Positions 1 to 13,167 are shown, counted from the first letter of the whole stretch. The stretch: 63,994 nucleotides of DNA, filler included, from Intoshia linei (GCA_001642005.1; 12 parts of 12 records of this genome joined end to end with filler, not necessarily neighbours in it); one strand, 5' to 3'. Program-made: numbers and translations. Notes: generated by a model not told the origin, from the letters alone.

Positions 1-924
1 ATTATTATTGTTAATATTTTATAAATTTTATAAGTAAATTAAATAAATTTTAAAAAGTTTGGCGACACACAAATGTGTCGCGACTAGAGCAACCAAAAAT
101 TGACTAAATTTATAGTAAGTTGATGACAATTTGCTTGAACATTCCAAGCAAGCAGGCTTTATATTTTATATAAAATTGTTAGGTTGGCAAGCAAAGTCAA
201 TTGACAATAGTTAGTTACTGGCAAGCAAGCTAGAACTCTAGCAAGCAACTTTAGTTAGTTACTGAACAATTTTGATAGCAATTGGCAAATTCTTTAACGT
301 TTTTTTAACGGTCTTTAAACAAAAATATCGAAAATTACTCGGTCAATCATTTTGTATACAGTTCGATAACGGTTTGGGGAAGCAATTTTATTAAATATTA
401 AATTTTAGCATTCGTAAAGTAAAAATTTACCAAACAGGGTGTCGGACTGTATCAATGATTAATAAAATGAATATAAATAAGGATGAGACTAAAGAGAAAT
501 AAATGATAGAAGCCAACGTTGAAATAGAACATCAACGCGATTGATAAATTTAAAGAAATATGAAATAACAGCTGATGTAATATTTTATTAAATAAATTTA
601 TTAAAATTATGTAAATGTTTTAACAAATTATAAAAAAATTATTTTTCAAAGTATGTGAATCAATCAAAGACAGCATGCAACAGAAAAAAAACTAAAATAA
701 TATATTTAAAATATAAAAAATAAGAAACCCAAAAACTAAAACCCAGCAAAAAAATAATCATCGTTTTAGACAAGACACAAAAATAATTACTAATTAAATT
801 ATTAGTAATAATTTAATTATCATTTTAATTATATTCGCTATATTGACTTTAAAGGGTACTGTCTAATCCCATTGTCAAAGAGGACCTTTCCCGATACTGA
901 TCTTGGCACTGCTTTTACTTCAAT

Positions 925-1082
925 TACTTTAAAAGGTAAATGGTGGTAGATGTATTGAAAAAATAAATCTAAATCGAGTTATATTAGAAACAATATAAAT
1001 TACTTTAAAAGGTAAATGGTGGTAGATGTATTTGAAAAAATAAATCTAAATCGAGTTATATTAGAAACAAAATAAATTACTT
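925..1082. repeat. ~76-bp tandem duplication downstream of the hAT ORF
   Basis: TACTTTAAAAGGTAAATGGTGGTAGATGTA...TTAGAAACAA occurs twice with a few differences. Confidence 0.9.
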
Positions 1083-1087
1083 CAAAA

Positions 1088-2536
1088 TTATATTTTATTT
1101 CCCAAATTGTATTTGAGTAGAACGTATTCAGCCAAATTCTCTGCTTTGAAATTTCTTTCTTTAGCATTGATTGTATGCAAAATGGAAAATCTCCTTTCGA
1201 CACTAATCGAAGTTGCTTGACACATGAGTAGTTTTGCATATTGGCTGGGTGTTATATCTTCCCTTATTAAATGTTCTATGCCCTTAATGTCACTGTTTAT
1301 TAATCTTTTTTCTACATATAATTTAATACTCGCATGATTCCTTTTGAAATTTAAATTATTTAAATCATCAATAGCGTCAGAAATTGTGTATTTTACTGAG
1401 CAAGATTGCTTTATAAGAGTATATAAAAAATAGTAATTGTGCATAATATCTACTAATTCTCTACATAAATTTAAATGATTGACAGCAACTTTGACTTTTG
1501 ACACTATTGCTCCATCTGTTTCAAATGCATCAACAATATTTTTTATGTATAAATAATATTTTGAAAAATATTCAATAACCTTTAACCAATCACCAAACCT
1601 TGTCTTGCAAAAAGTTGGATGTAACGGAATATTTTTAAATAATTTATTTCTTGCTTTAGATTTTGATAGTGCCAAATTCATTGATATAACTAAATTATTA
1701 GCATTTTTATAATATGATGCTATTTTGGCAGACATATTATGGTACAAATGAACCACACAGGTAACGTGAAACAAATTTTTGAATGCAATTTCCACATTAT
1801 TCTCCAAAATAAATTTTTCATATTTTAATTTTTCACCACCGAGAACCATATATGAGGCAGCATCCGTTATAAGTAGAATAAAATTATTTGGATTGAGATT
1901 AAAGGAAGATATAACACCACAAATTTTATTTTTCACGTAAATATTATTTGGAAACGACTCTAATATATCACAGCAGACTAAGTAAGAAATTGAAGGTTTA
2001 CTGGCTAGACCTATATTTACATTATATTTTATATTATTAATCATTTACCTATTAAAAATTGGAAAATTTTTCACCGTTGAGATTAGTTTCATCTACTATC
2101 ATAAAAAACTAAACCATTAGATAAATAGTCCTTTATTATATTTAAATTATTCTGGTATAAAGATTTTTCGACGGACCGCATTGACGTTTCAGAAGGAATA
2201 GGAAATTTCATATGATCAAATAATTTTTTCATGTTTATTTCGTAATTTACTAAAAGGAATAACCGCTGATAAAAATGCTTTCCCCAAAAGACATTTAAAA
2301 TTATCATCTGTGCATGATTGGACGGGCTGCACAATTATGTTGGATAAGTGAGATTGTGTCTTTAGGTAAGCATTGATATTATAGTTTTTGGCACTGGAAA
2401 TTGTTTTGTTACATACCCTACATAAAAGTTCTGAATCGGGTAAAACTAAATGACATTCATGACTCTCGCAAGCTAATTTTATCCGTTTACGACGATTGGT
2501 TTCTTTTAAACAAGTATCAAGACTACTGTTTTGCAT
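1088..2536 (-). pseudogene. hAT-family transposase (CGGBP1/DUF659-like), frameshifted into three ORFs
   Basis: N-terminal BED-like zinc finger CRVCNK...QSH in ORF 2216-2536; ITDAASYM, HVTCVVHLYH (CxxH), TRFGDW and TSISVERRFS hAT motifs in ORF 1088-2044. Confidence 0.85.
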
Positions 2537-2878
2537 TATAAATATGTGGATTTTAATTTGAATAACTAATAATAAAAATTGAGGTGATAAAGCGTTAAAA
2601 TCACAAAATAAATAAAAATTGATAACGTAAAACTGAAAATTGTCATTTTTGTCAATAAACAGTTACTGTATTTATGTATGTCACGACTCGCGACCACCGG
2701 TTGGAAAGCACTGATATAATGTAATAAAATAGTCCGTAAATGAATGCACAATAGTATTTACACAATATAATATTATATATATATATTATAATTATTATAT
2801 ATATTATAGTTGCACAATAGTCCATATATGAATGTACACTAGTATTTATATACATGTTATATATATTATATAAATGTA

Positions 2879-4177
2879 AACTGCACCGCAAAACTATGTG
2901 TAAAATCCAATTTTTGCAATTAAATATATTTATTAAACTTATAATTATATATTTTGATTTACATTTTAATATAATACTGATTATTAACTTATATTAAAAA
3001 TTTTGAGAAATTCCATTAATAAATTAACTAAATAACTAACAATTAAAATTTAAACTTTGAAATATGTGTCTCAAAATTATGTGAAAAACGCATAAAAGAT
3101 ACAAAAAAAATAATTTATTTATATATAACAACAATTTTAATACTTGATTATAATTCCTCCTGTTGCTTCTAACACTTCGACCAATCTTGAGGGAAATGAT
3201 TCTACCAATTTTTTTATTTCCTGTATGTCAAGGGCATCCCATATACATTTAATTTCTGCCTTTAATTCAATATTATTATGATACACTTTAGTTCCAGGGT
3301 ATAGTCGACGAACCATTATAGCCCAAAGGTTCTCAATAAGATTGCAATCAGGACTGTATGGTGGCCAATCAAGAAATTGTATGTTATTTTCACGTATAAA
3401 CTCCATACTTTTCCTGCATCAATATAAAATCGTTTTGATAAAAAGGAAGATAGGATTTGGTCAATATGTCTATATATGCATCTGAATTTACATTTTGGTC
3501 GGTAAAATAAATAGATATGGTACCGTTTAATCCTATTCCTGCTCATACCACAATGCTTTTCGAGAATAGTTTTTTTCCGAAAAATTTTCAAATTTGTAAC
3601 CATTTTTAGCCAAAAATCTAATTTTTTTTGATAATATAATTATATATATATATATTACCTGTACACCGTATCTTTTGAGACATTGAGATTCAAATTAGCT
3701 ATTAAACGTGCTGCAGTATGAGAATCATCTTTTATTAGTTCAAGGCAAATATGCCTTTTCGTTCTATCATCAAATAATTGAGACTTCTCAGAAGGTAATT
3801 TTTTATGCAGTTATATGATCTCCCTAATCTATCTACAATTTGGCCAATAGGTACCTTTTCTTCGGAAAGAGATTGTATTACACCTTGTTCAAACTCCGAT
3901 AATAAGTTACCACGTTTTGGCATTTTAAAAATAAGTTTCTATGATAATAAACTCAATTAAAAAAATATAATTTCACATAGTTTTGCGACAAAAATTTCAG
4001 AATTTAAAATTGAATTGTTAATTATTTAGTTAATTAGATGATAAAATGTGACGAAATTTTGCATATTAGTTAAGATTCAACGTCATATTGACATGTCATG
4101 ATAAGAGTTAATTTAGAATAATATAAATATATTTAATGGCAAAATTTGGAGTTTGCACATAATTTTGCAGTGCAGTT
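2879..4177 (-). mobile_element. Tc1/Tc3-like DNA transposon, decayed, long IR/DR-type inverted repeats, TA target duplication
   Basis: TA-AACTGCACCGCAAAACTATGTG ... CACATAATTTTGCAGTGCAGTT-TA; inner repeats near 3065 and 3975; HTH ORF 3735-3923 and WPPYSPDCNLIENLW catalytic motif in ORF 3137-3406. Confidence 0.92.
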
Positions 4178-4871
4178 TACATTGTACATAGTGAATTGCA
4201 CAATAGTATTAATATCAGTGCACAATAGCTCGTATATCAGTGCAAAACACTGTAAATGGTCCTATTTTGTAAAAAAATGATTCTTACTAATCACTTGTGC
4301 CTAAACTTGAGATTCAAGTAAATAAAGCCCATTAACAATATAAAATGTTTATTTTTAGTGAGGCATACTCTATCAATATTTGAAAATCCTACACAATGTA
4401 TAGTATAAATTAAAAAGAAATTTTTAATGCCAAGCGTTAATTATTTAAAAAATCTAAAATTCCTAAAAATCATCAGTGGATATATAAATGCCAATTATCA
4501 ACATTTACGCATGTGTGCAAATATAAACGTTATATAAAATATCACATTCTACTTCAAATGTATAACAAAAAGGTGATTGTTTAAAATCAGCAATGTATGT
4601 TAAATATTGTTGCATAATTTTTCAATAAAATGTTAATAATGAATTAATAAATATTTTAACAAATGATTAACATTTTTAATTCATATTAGTCACAAAAATT
4701 TTAAATCATTTTTAACCATTCTAAAAATTGTTTAAAAATTGAAATGAAAGAATTAACAAAGGTTAAAAAATTTATATTTATAATATTGATGAGTTTAATT
4801 GGTCAAAAATCCTGTGTGGGCGAAATTCGTAAGATAAACCGTATATATTAACGTTATATAATTTATTTTAG

Positions 4872-6908
4872 CAGTATGTTCAGAATATTTTGATTTAACA
4901 TTTATATTATGTGCACGAAATAGTGACGAATGGGACAGAGTGAAACAGATAGCAGTGGGTGTAGTTAAAAACTCTGATATTGGATTCAGAAAAACAAGAG
5001 TAAGTGTCATTACTTATTTCGATGGTCCAAAACTTGTTTTAAGATTTTCAGAAAATCCAAGTGTCATAGTTTCCACCATTAATGATATCTCACATGATTA
5101 TTTTGTGTACAAACGTGATATTATTTCAGGGTTAAAAGAAATGACAACAATGTATGACACTGATCAAGGCCAGAATCCTAATATTGTCATTATTTTTGCA
5201 GATGAAATTTCAGATGATGATAAGGGTGATATTACTGAAACCATAAAATTGGCATATATTGATAATATCATGATTATACCAATCAGTTTTGATGCCGAAG
5301 ATGAACTGTTCATTAGCGAAATATCTTCTCCTCCAAAACGGCTTGCTGAATTAGATAGATTTAAAGATAGAAATTATTTTATTCTGAATACTAGCGAACA
5401 TTCATCAGTCTACATAACTCAAATTTCACAATCTTTGTGCAATATTAAATGTAATATTGATTTATTATTTAAATAATGACATAACTTATAATTAAGGAAA
5501 GTTTTTAATTGTCCTAAAAATATTAAAATATCCTATTAATTAGTGTATCAATTTCACCGATTTTTGATTACCGCTAATTGCTTTTTAAGAATAGCTTAAA
5601 TCATCCTTAAAAAGAATAAAGTATAAATAATAATTTAATTACTTTAACAATGAAGAATTAATTAAGAATATATAAAAACAATATTAAATGGGCAATTCCA
5701 TGTGAAAACGACATATGGTAGTAACCTGACCATTAGGGTGTCCACTTTTCTTTATTACAAAAACCCATTTTGCATGTGTATGCCTTTTTTGCTTTTAAGC
5801 ATTTATTACCCATAAATAATTAAATCGGCTAATATTTTTCCCCCCCCCCCCCAAATGTNNNNNNNNNATTTTTCCCCCCCCCCCCCAAATGTAATTATTG
5901 AAATTCATACAAAAATTATAAATATATAACATCTCGTTATTAAATACAGCAATAAAACATTCAATCAACGCCACGTGCCTGATTAGAATAATATATAATA
6001 TTCCATTTTTACGGATCGTTAAACTCATATTATAAATATGTAAATAATTGATATGATTACATTATATAATTTATATAAATGATTATATATATTGACGTCA
6101 AAATGTGTTAAGATAATATTAATTTTTGACGTAAAAATGCGTCTAAATTTCTCAAATGTTAAGATATCAAAATTAGAATGTATAAAATTTTACTTTCCCT
6201 AGTTATAATTACAATTATATATAATTATTATAATAATTATATGTATGTAAATTTTATTTCATTTAGATCACGATTGTTTGTCCACTCCATTCAATTTTGC
6301 AATTCTGGTAGATATATCATATAGTTTGTGTGAAAATTCAAATATTCAAAATCAAATTACCAATTTTTTAACAAAATTAATACATGAAGTTGATAGCCAT
6401 GCAATAGTAAAAAAATATTTTTCTATTGCTGCATTCGCTGAAACTACTGAGATTTTAATAAATTTTACTACAGATATTAAAAATGTTATAAAAACTATTG
6501 ACAATTTGCCATGTTCCAAAAACGAGACTTTAATATACCAATCCATAAATACTTTAAAAGATGACATTTACTCAGATAAACACGAGTATCATAAAAAAGG
6601 TCGTAATTACGCCATTTTAATTACTGATGCTATTCAGGACAGCCTTCATAGAGAAGAAATGTATATTAGGGAAGCAAAAGAAGACAAAGATATTACTGTT
6701 ATACCAATAGGTATAACCAATAGTGATGAATCATCCAAAATGATTATACAGCTTAAACGTATTAGCTTGTCGCCACATAGGGAAAATGAAAATTACTTCA
6801 TAGTTGATAATATTAACCAACTGAATGGAAAAATTAAATCCATTTTAGATGCAATGGAATGTTATAAATTGATTCCACCGGAAACCACAACGCCGACACC
6901 TGTTACAG
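4872..6908 (+). CDS. Two internal exons of a multi-von Willebrand factor A domain protein (collagen VI/matrilin-like); gene incomplete
   Basis: Exon ~4872-5450 (FDLTFIL...TRVSVITY...IIPI) and exon ~6269-6908 (FAILVDISYS = DxSxS MIDAS, AILITD, VIPIGI, T/P-rich linker), each with polypyrimidine-AG and GT borders. Confidence 0.8.
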
Positions 6909-6936
6909 GTACATTATTATTACATATTATCTATAG

Positions 6937-7036
6937 NNNNNNNNNNNNNNNNNNNNNNNNNNNNNNNNNNNNNNNNNNNNTTAATTAATTAANNNNNNNN
7001 NNNNNNNNNNNNNNNNNNNNNNNNNNNNNNNNNNNN
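6937..7036. other. Artificial contig spacer (N44-TTAATTAATTAA-N44); also at 10704, 26985, 31839, 37232, 44303, 55324, 56843, 58779, 60427, 61657
   Basis: Identical 100-nt structure at 11 positions, with stop codons in all six frames. Confidence 0.98.
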
Positions 7037-7079
7037 TACTATTAAGTAATCACAATAAATTTAATTTGTAAACAGTACT

Positions 7080-8145
7080 AATAAAAATAACTGAATACAA
7101 CCGAGTTGTCAACAGATAAATTATCTTGTTCCGAGTACTTTCGAGTAAAAACGATATTATTTAATTTTGAACAATTTTAAAAGAAAAATGAGTAACTTCG
7201 TTGTGAAATTGAATAATATAATTCAGCCAGATTACAATAAATTAGTCCAGAAGATGAACACTCATAATGATGTGTGGGTGTTCGATCAAGTTGACGTTAA
7301 TGTTGTGACCGTGTTAGATGCTATGACAAATAATCTTGTAAGTACATCATATGTCTCAATAACGTTGTTACCGTTACTGTTGTTTACAAATGCCGCCCAT
7401 GATGCGACTACCAAAATGATCGGAGTTACAGATGTGAATGATGTTAATATTGATTTCATTTTCGAAAACGACACGCACAATGGGTATACAAGTAACAAAA
7501 AAGATTACGTCTTATGGCTCAATTTCAAACCCTACATGTATGACTCATCAAACACAATATATTTTTTGGAAATTATAAAACAGTGTGGTGGAGCGATCAT
7601 TATAAAGATTGTAAAAAATGAAAGAAAATTTGAAGATATACCTCGGCACATCCTATTGGATGATGGAGTTTTGATTTTGGCCCCAACTGTTAATAGTTCT
7701 ACTGGATCAATCGTCGATCGAGCTTTTATTCTGAAAAGAAAGAAGTTTGACTGACTAGTTAGTGCAATATGTGGTTCTGAAGATGATTACGGTAAATTAG
7801 AGAGAACCATCCAAACGGTAAGATAACCACATACACATTATTGCTAAAGAATTGAATAAAGATTCTACCGCCGATATACAAATAATAAGTCAAGCTCTTT
7901 TATTATATGTAGAAAGACTTAACTTATTTACGAAAAAAGCTATCATTGTCGACCGCAAAAAATTCTTGGTACAGAAATTAAAAAATCTGTTACGTATCAG
8001 CGTCAGTGGTATTATGTTAAACGGGATATCTAACACCATCTTAAAATATTCGAAAGTGTACTGATGAGAATGAAAATAGCAACTTACAGGGTAGACAAGT
8101 TAGTACCCGTTGTATCTGAACTAAGTCTTTTCGACGCAGTTTATG
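7080..8145 (+). pseudogene. Endogenous viral element: alpha-like (virga/nege-like, Martellivirales) methyltransferase/capping enzyme C-terminal region, decayed
   Basis: ORF 7167-7754 has VFDQVDVNVVTVLDAM...LPLLLF, IDFIFENDTHNGY, YFLEIIKQCGGAIIIKIVK, matching in spacing the tobamovirus-type LHSIYDI...LLL / FSFASESTLNY / YMKEF..WFCKF blocks; no introns; reading continues through stops and frameshift (IISQALLLYVER). Confidence 0.65.
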
Positions 8146-8423
8146 AATTTTTGAAATCATGAACAAGTGGTTCAAACGTATGATGGAGCAAGTGTAATGT
8201 CTTCTAGTTTAAAAAGTACAAGCTAAAGAAAAGAAAATTTCCCCATCAGCTCTGTTTACACATTGCGACGCTCATAAATTAAATTTAGTTTTGTCTCAAT
8301 AAAACAAAAATAGGCCCGAATGTAAATTATTTTTTAATGACGTACGATGGTTTGTCTGCATTTTGTGAATCATTCTACATTAAAAATTCAATTACTTGAT
8401 GAAATAGTTAATCGTATCGTATA

Positions 8424-10468
8424 CACTCCGTTTCAAAAATAACGCAACATTATTAAAAGCTCTGTAATAATTTTTAAAATTATTTTTGTGCTCAAAGATT
8501 AAATTTGACATTAGTACTTATAATTATAATTATGAAAGGTGGAATGATAGTCTTGAAGTATATAAATAAACGTAACACAATGTCAATGTCAGTCTTCAAT
8601 AATAAGGTAACGAATGACGGTCTCTTACTTAAGAATGATAATATGGTTTGACTCTGGATAAAAGTAGTCCATTTAGGAAAAGAAAAGATTACAAACGTAT
8701 CAAAACTTTAATTGATCATAATTCGATTAATTAGTGAAGAGCATTTGTATCACCAGAGGTTGAAATGTAAATTGATAATAACATTATGAATAATACTGTT
8801 AGAATTGTAATGTGATGTTATATTTTAGAGTTAATTAACGTTCAAATGAAAACTGGAATTGACAAAAGTTCTAAAATTTATGATGAAGTGAAGCAGTACG
8901 AATTGACTCATACAAATAAAAAAGACCGATTACTGGATAACGGAAAAGTAATACTCAGAAAGTTACAAGAGAAGATTCGAAACATTTACATTATGATTTA
9001 TTATTATTTTTGTAAGAAAAATCAAAAATCGGAAAATGGCGAAAAATTTAATGAAAGACAATTTGAAAATAAAATCTATAATTATGCTAATTTCCTTATG
9101 TATCAACATAATGCCAACACTAATCGCCAGATAATTACTCAGTTATTAACTGAATAATGCACTGATTTCTGTCAGAACGAATTGTTGTTAGAGGGAGTTA
9201 TACTGGGCAAACCAAAAATATATTTATGGTTATTACGAAATAAATTCACCCAAGAGTATCTAAACCAGATACAAACATTTATCTTAAGTATTGAGTCAGC
9301 TGTGATCAAAGCGAATAATTTACGAACCCATAAATTGAAAAAACTTAAAAATATGCATGATAGTGATATTAAACAATACGAAATTGACACTTTGAAACTG
9401 ACTGAAATTAAACAAGTGACGAAAATGATAATTAATAATAAAGAGAAAATACACGAATACACCATTATCAAAGAATCAATCAAAGCAATAGCTAATAACG
9501 TTCAAGAAAACATCTCAAAAATTGATGACACTCTTAAAACAGTGGAAAAAAATTATAATTATAATTATAATCATTTGAAATGATATTACATTATATTTAA
9601 TTTAAATAATTACAAAATATTTTAATTCAAAAATGTTATAGCAAAAAAACTAAATTTTAAATAATATATGTTGTTTTAAAAATAACGCAACTTTTCAATT
9701 ATTATCCACTGTTACGCTTTATTTGATATTAATTGTAATTATTTTTTTATTTAATGATCACATGATATTGTTGTACATAACAATTATACAATATTTAATT
9801 TTTAGCTTTATGACAAATAGAAAACCTCATTTATCTGAAGGGGACATTCAAAGGGTATTTATGATGCGATTAAACAATAAAACATTGTCTGAAATAGCGT
9901 CAACCTTTAATGTTAATAAATCGACCATTCATAGAATCTTGAAAAAAGAGAATAAGCCCGACAAAAGAGGTAGACCAACTAAAATCTTTAGGGAATTATG
10001 ACTAGGGCATTATATAAAAACAATATAAATTATTATTCGATTGAGACTCTAAAAAAGCAATTAAGAAGGAATGGGATAGTATTAGCCCTGACACCTTAAA
10101 GAAATTAGTTGATTCTATGAATGGTCGTATTTTTAAATTAATAAAGGCCAATGGATCGTTTCTTCACGAATATTAAGTAAAAAGTTTATTTTATATAATC
10201 TATAATTAGATTTTAAAAAAAGTTGCGTTATTTTTGCAACATTTTTTAATTGTAAAAATTATTAAACTTTCTGATAAATTGGGTTTATATATATATTTTT
10301 ATTTGACATTATCTCTTAGAAAAATAAACTATGTAAACATAGGTGTTCAGTTACATTAGACAGTCAGACATTAATTGTATCGTTACAAGTTTGTATTTTC
10401 TCAATTTAATATTTTGTGAGCCTTTAAAAATAAACAAATACGAGTTGCGTTATTTTTGAAATGGAGTG
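8424..10468 (+). mobile_element. Tc1-like element with internal transposase deletion and ~1 kb cargo
   Basis: TA-CACTCCGTTTCAAAAATAACGCAAC ... GTTGCGTTATTTTTGAAATGGAGTG-TA; inner repeats at ~9676 and ~10221; HTH ...GRPTK at 9810-10000 fused to the C-terminal EEWDSI...DSMNGR segment at ~10040-10170. Confidence 0.92.
8830..9583 (+). pseudogene. Unknown helical/coiled-coil coding fragment carried inside the Tc1-like element
   Basis: ORFs 8846-9157 and 9182-9583 are in the same frame, separated by one stop; preceded by a TTTTAG acceptor-like site at 8829; no transposase motifs. Confidence 0.5.
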
Positions 10469-11054
10469 TAGAAGTAATAGAATTATATAAAACGTATTCC
10501 TAGGGCTGCTCCGACAAGATAAAGTTCTAAATCCAAATTAGTTCAAACTATAATACACTATCATTATGCTCTCTGTCAGCTTTTCGGTTCTATTATTGAT
10601 AATCACTTTACGTGGGATTCTAATACGTCATTGGTGAGCCAAGGCTTTATAAATTGGTTAATGAAAGATTCAACTTATTTTTTACTTGTTGTGTATAACG
10701 AAANNNNNNNNNNNNNNNNNNNNNNNNNNNNNNNNNNNNNNNNNNNNTTAATTAATTAANNNNNNNNNNNNNNNNNNNNNNNNNNNNNNNNNNNNNNNNN
10801 NNNTGTTATTTCATTGTCTTCTTTTAGACATCCTTAGAAAAGGTTAAAAACTCTATGTTAATTTATATATTAACCAAAAAATGAATACTTTGATTCTGAT
10901 TAATATTAATTAAATTAAACTATGTAATCCTATTTACCTAAATCCTGTTAGTTAGACATCAATCAGACACCGATTATTCTTGTTTCATTATTATTAATTC
11001 AACATAAACAATTCATTTAATTTGATTTTAAACCATACACTGACAATAATAAAA

Positions 11055-11690
11055 ATGAAAATTAGAAAATCATTTTCTCTACAACAAAAAAACAAATTTT
11101 GGATGATATCAAAATACACCAACAAAAATTTGTTTTTGAAAAGTATGGTCTTGCATCGTCAACTGTTTAAAATATTAAAATACAAATAAAAGATTCTTAA
11201 ACAATTTAATAAAAACAATTATTGGAAATAATAAATAACAGTAAACGCATTATTAGCTTAAATAATGTAAACTTTCATATAGTTCTGATCAGTAAATTAT
11301 CTAATCTCAGAAATATTAACATTCCAGTGAGTGGATACGTAATAAAAGAACAAGCAAAGATTTTAAAAAAGGAAATGAATAGCGAAAATTGTGGTGGATT
11401 AAAAAAGTTAAAAGCCAGTGATGGATGGATGGATGATTAGAATTTTTAATTGATAAAGAATTTGAACAAAATAAGCAGGAATTTACAAATATGGATGAAT
11501 TATCAAGTAAACCCATTTAGAATTTGGAATATGATATCAAAAATTCTGATTATATTAGGTATACGGTATTAATTGATGAACTAAAATCAATGATACCAAA
11601 AATATGTCCAAATAGTTTAAATAACATTTACTCGATAGAAAATAAATTTCACGAAAAAATATCAAAGAAAATACAAAAAAATTTTTAAAT
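11055..11690 (+). pseudogene. pogo/Tigger transposase remnant (CENP-B-type HTH)
   Basis: MKIRKSFSLQQK start; NIPVSGYVIKEQA and LKASDGW motifs; stops and frameshifts. Confidence 0.8.
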
Positions 11691-12333
11691 ATTATAGTTC
11701 TGTATAAAAAATAATAAATTTTTGTTTATATTTGTTATTTTAACATTGTTTCGTAATTCATGATTAATTATATGATATGAAATGATTAAATAAATGACCA
11801 GTTAAAGAAATGATATGTTAAATGGAATGAAAATAAAAAAAATTCTATTATTTGAACGTATAGCACATTATTTATAAAAAAATCCGTTAACAAGGAATTA
11901 GCCTGTAATTAATATTGTATTAGTTGATTATTAATCAGGGGTGCACAGTCATTAATATCAATATTTGGGGGTGCATAAGTCAAAAAATGTTAAGAACCAC
12001 TGCATTATATCAACTGAAAATTTAATATTTCTACTGACAAATAACTTGTTTATCGATAATCTTTCGATTTCAAAACTTCATTTTGTTTTGTTTGTGATAT
12101 TGAGTTTTTCTGGAATACTCCGCAATTCTGTAAAACTGGATTTTTCCTTTAAAGGTTGTTAAAACTGAATTTTTCTTATTAGTGTTATTAAATTTTGATT
12201 TTTAGTAAAAATGGTTAGATTTAAGTAGACACCCAATATAAATTATACAAACAAAATTTAATTTAATTTAATTTAATTTCAATATTTCAGCATTAGAAAT
12301 AAAATAAATTAATTAAAATTGTAATTTGTTATA

Positions 12334-12514
12334 CAGTGAAACCTCTTTTGTTTTTTGGAGTATCAAAAAAGCGTGATAAGTGTCATAAAACTTCCATACA
12401 ACGTAAACTGTTGACATGTGAAAATGTACCCAAAAAAATTATATAGGATTGATATATGTTTAAAACCATGATAATTTGTTTATAGAGGGGTTTGTTTATA
12501 AAGAGATTTCACTG
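12334..12514. mobile_element. 181-bp pogo-type MITE
   Basis: TA-CAGTGAAACCTCTT ... AAGAGATTTCACTG-TA. Confidence 0.85.
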
Positions 12515-13036
12515 TAATTTATAAAATACATATATTTATGTATTTAATATATGTATATCTGGTATGTGATATGTAATGAAACATGCATAAACCAATATCA
12601 CATTTTGAACATTCTATAGTGTAAGGCAATTTTAAAAAATTATAAAAACATAAATATAATTTTTCTTAATATATTTCAGTATAGTAAAATTAATGCAGTA
12701 CCAAATTTAAAATATAGTTCATTGATTGTTTTAATATATATTATTTTAATTATTACATTTTAAAATTACACTGTGTATTCAAAAAACTATTTTTGATATA
12801 TAGAGTGGAGCATTGATGAATTTTTTAGTTGTAAGTGGATATTTTTATACAGTTGAAATATATTTAAACAGTGATAGTAATAAATATATTATTTTTTAAC
12901 ATATAATATAATTTTCAATTTCAATGTACATTATACACTCATTTTTATCAGGTTTTATTATTTTATATAATTTTGTGTTTTTAAACCCTTGTAGACCAAA
13001 CTAACGTTTGTAATTAAAAATATACACGATATAAAC

Positions 13037-13167
13037 CTAATAAAATCATCAGTTGTCATAAGAGTTTTCGATTGTTGATTATTTGATTCAACAGAAACTG
13101 TGGCAAAGTATCTAAAAATTTTGTCTGGACCAGAAAATTGTCTAATTCGATTCTCATATTCAACAAT
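13037..13167 (-). CDS. MICU1: Exon of mitochondrial calcium uptake protein 1-like (N-terminal conserved block)
   Basis: AG/GT-bounded exon translating IVEYENRIRQFSGPDKIFRYFATVSVESNNQQSKTLMTTDDFI, matching the MICU1 block EYENRIR.YS.PDKIFRYFAT...MTP.DF.R. Confidence 0.85.

Larger units (their letters stand above)
8145..10703 (+). pseudogene. ZMYM1-like hAT transposase fragment interrupted by a Tc1-like element
   Basis: QTYDGASVMS and ALFTHCDAHKLNLVLSQ at ~8170-8300, LLDEIV at ~8400, resuming as KRIPRAAPTR* at ~10490 after the Tc1 insertion. Confidence 0.8.

Noticed and set aside
5833-5892. Paired poly-C tracts as a G-quadruplex locus
   Set aside because: Same sequence repeated either side of a 10-N gap; assembly artefact
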